Part shown: piece by piece, positions 63,740 to 64,000 of the stretch | Layout of the letters: each line of letters starts with the position of its first letter | Numbering within the stretch: position 1 is the first letter of the stretch | From: Sphaerodactylus townsendi | Lineage: Eukaryota | Reading direction: 5' to 3' | DNA: 64,000 bases | Assembly: GCF_021028975.2 (NCBI RefSeq) | Contig: NC_059431.1 | Span: 82,708,001-82,772,000, forward strand | The notes under the pieces: generated by a model | Databases searched by the model: none | What the model was told of the DNA's origin: nothing | What the model saw: only the letters and a program-made list of their open reading frames with translations | Position numbers and translations under genes: made by a program

Positions 63740-64000
63740 TGAGTTGAACTGTATTAACTGCATTAATTTATTTGTAATGGCCTCTGTGTGCAGTACATAC
63801 TATTTGCACCTTTCTACTGCTTTCAAAGTCCTATCAAATAAAATGGCCTCATGGTATCTCCTTAAGATTTTTAACAATAGCACTCCTCTCATCTCCTCAG
63901 GGAGGCTGTCCCACAAAATTGGAGCTACAGTGGACAAAGAAAATGCTGTGGTTGATGTCAGACAGGTTGATGTCAGTAAGAAAAGAACCACTAGGTAGCA
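63740..64000 (-). mobile_element. L2-clade LINE 3' coding remnant, continuing beyond the window
   Basis: AFSLSTVAPILWDSLPEEMR...AILFD resembles the L2 ORF2 C-terminus. Confidence 0.65.

Overview
Repeat-rich, AT-rich vertebrate genomic DNA. The repeats (Squam3-type tRNA SINEs, 5S-derived SINEs, L2/CR1/L1/RTE-X remnants, a SPIN MITE) suggest a squamate, probably a gecko; this is inferred from repeat content only. I recognise no host protein-coding gene, so the window looks intergenic or lies in a large intron. The best-supported feature is a Ty1/Copia LTR retrotransposon on the minus strand (18970-22832). It has two 358-bp LTRs differing at about 5 positions, an AAATT target-site duplication (TSD), a half-tRNA-iMet primer site and a polypurine tract. 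Its gag-protease ORF is open, its integrase is frameshifted, and its RT is fused to the tail of RNase H by an in-frame deletion that removes YVDD. Around it are many non-autonomous DNA transposons (hAT, PIF/Harbinger, Tc2/pogo-like, Helitron), often nested. The most unusual signals concern module shuffling: one palindromic cassette sits inside several unrelated transposon end types, two Helitrons share a segment in opposite orientation, and a SPIN MITE carries a CORE-SINE-like filler. There is also an alternating double-hairpin array and an unclassified foldback of about 460 bp. Two N-gaps and some indel-rich stretches suggest imperfect assembly. All family assignments are by eye and from memory; no database was searched.
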